This document shows, piece by piece, positions 63,901 through 64,000 of a DNA stretch of 64,000 bases. The translations under genes and the position numbers were made by a program. The stretch lies in contig MU058444.1 of assembly GCA_013265495.1 (NCBI GenBank), forward strand, positions 372,001-436,000, read 5' to 3'. A model generated the notes under the pieces. That model ran no database searches, was not told the DNA's origin, and saw only the letters and a program-made list of their open reading frames with translations. This DNA is from Vicugna vicugna. Lineage: Eukaryota. The first letter of the stretch is position 1; each line of letters begins with the position of its first letter.

Positions 63901-64000
63901 AATTATATATTCTATAACCTGTCTGAGCTGCGCACCCCTCTGTCAGTCTAAGGAGGATGATGGTTTCCTTCTCTGAATATGGTTGTTACATGCATGCCAC

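Noticed and set aside
1..64000. CRISPR arrays, operons, rRNA/snRNA genes, NUMTs, processed pseudogenes
   Set aside because: None recognised; the window is mammalian intergenic/intronic DNA, and its short direct repeats are TSDs, microsatellites or two-copy duplications.

Overview
Mammalian genomic DNA, very likely camelid: four tRNA-derived SINEs of the Vic-1 type plus artiodactyl-type L1 3' ends. The only protein-coding piece I can support is a 63-nt first coding exon at 22533-22595 (+), MEFEKHEKGSLLNENLEEKLT, with a strong Kozak context and a phase-0 GTAAG donor. I recognise it from memory as the N-terminus of MLIP (muscular LMNA-interacting protein / CIP); it is too short to appear in the ORF track. 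Positions 1-22.2 kb are upstream sequence with two CpG-rich patches; 22.6-64 kb is the start of the long first intron, and I could not find exon 2. The rest is repeat-rich: L1 3' ends (two with 5' inversions), several ERV1-type solo LTRs, MaLR/ERVL LTRs, MER5A, MER20, MIR and L2. The listed ORFs appear to be chance or repeat-derived. The most unusual unexplained structure is a ~180-bp, ~92% identical inverted repeat (25856-26052 / 26871-27057) in MLIP intron 1, made mostly of apparently unique sequence. Repeat family names come from recall of consensus sequences, not from a search.
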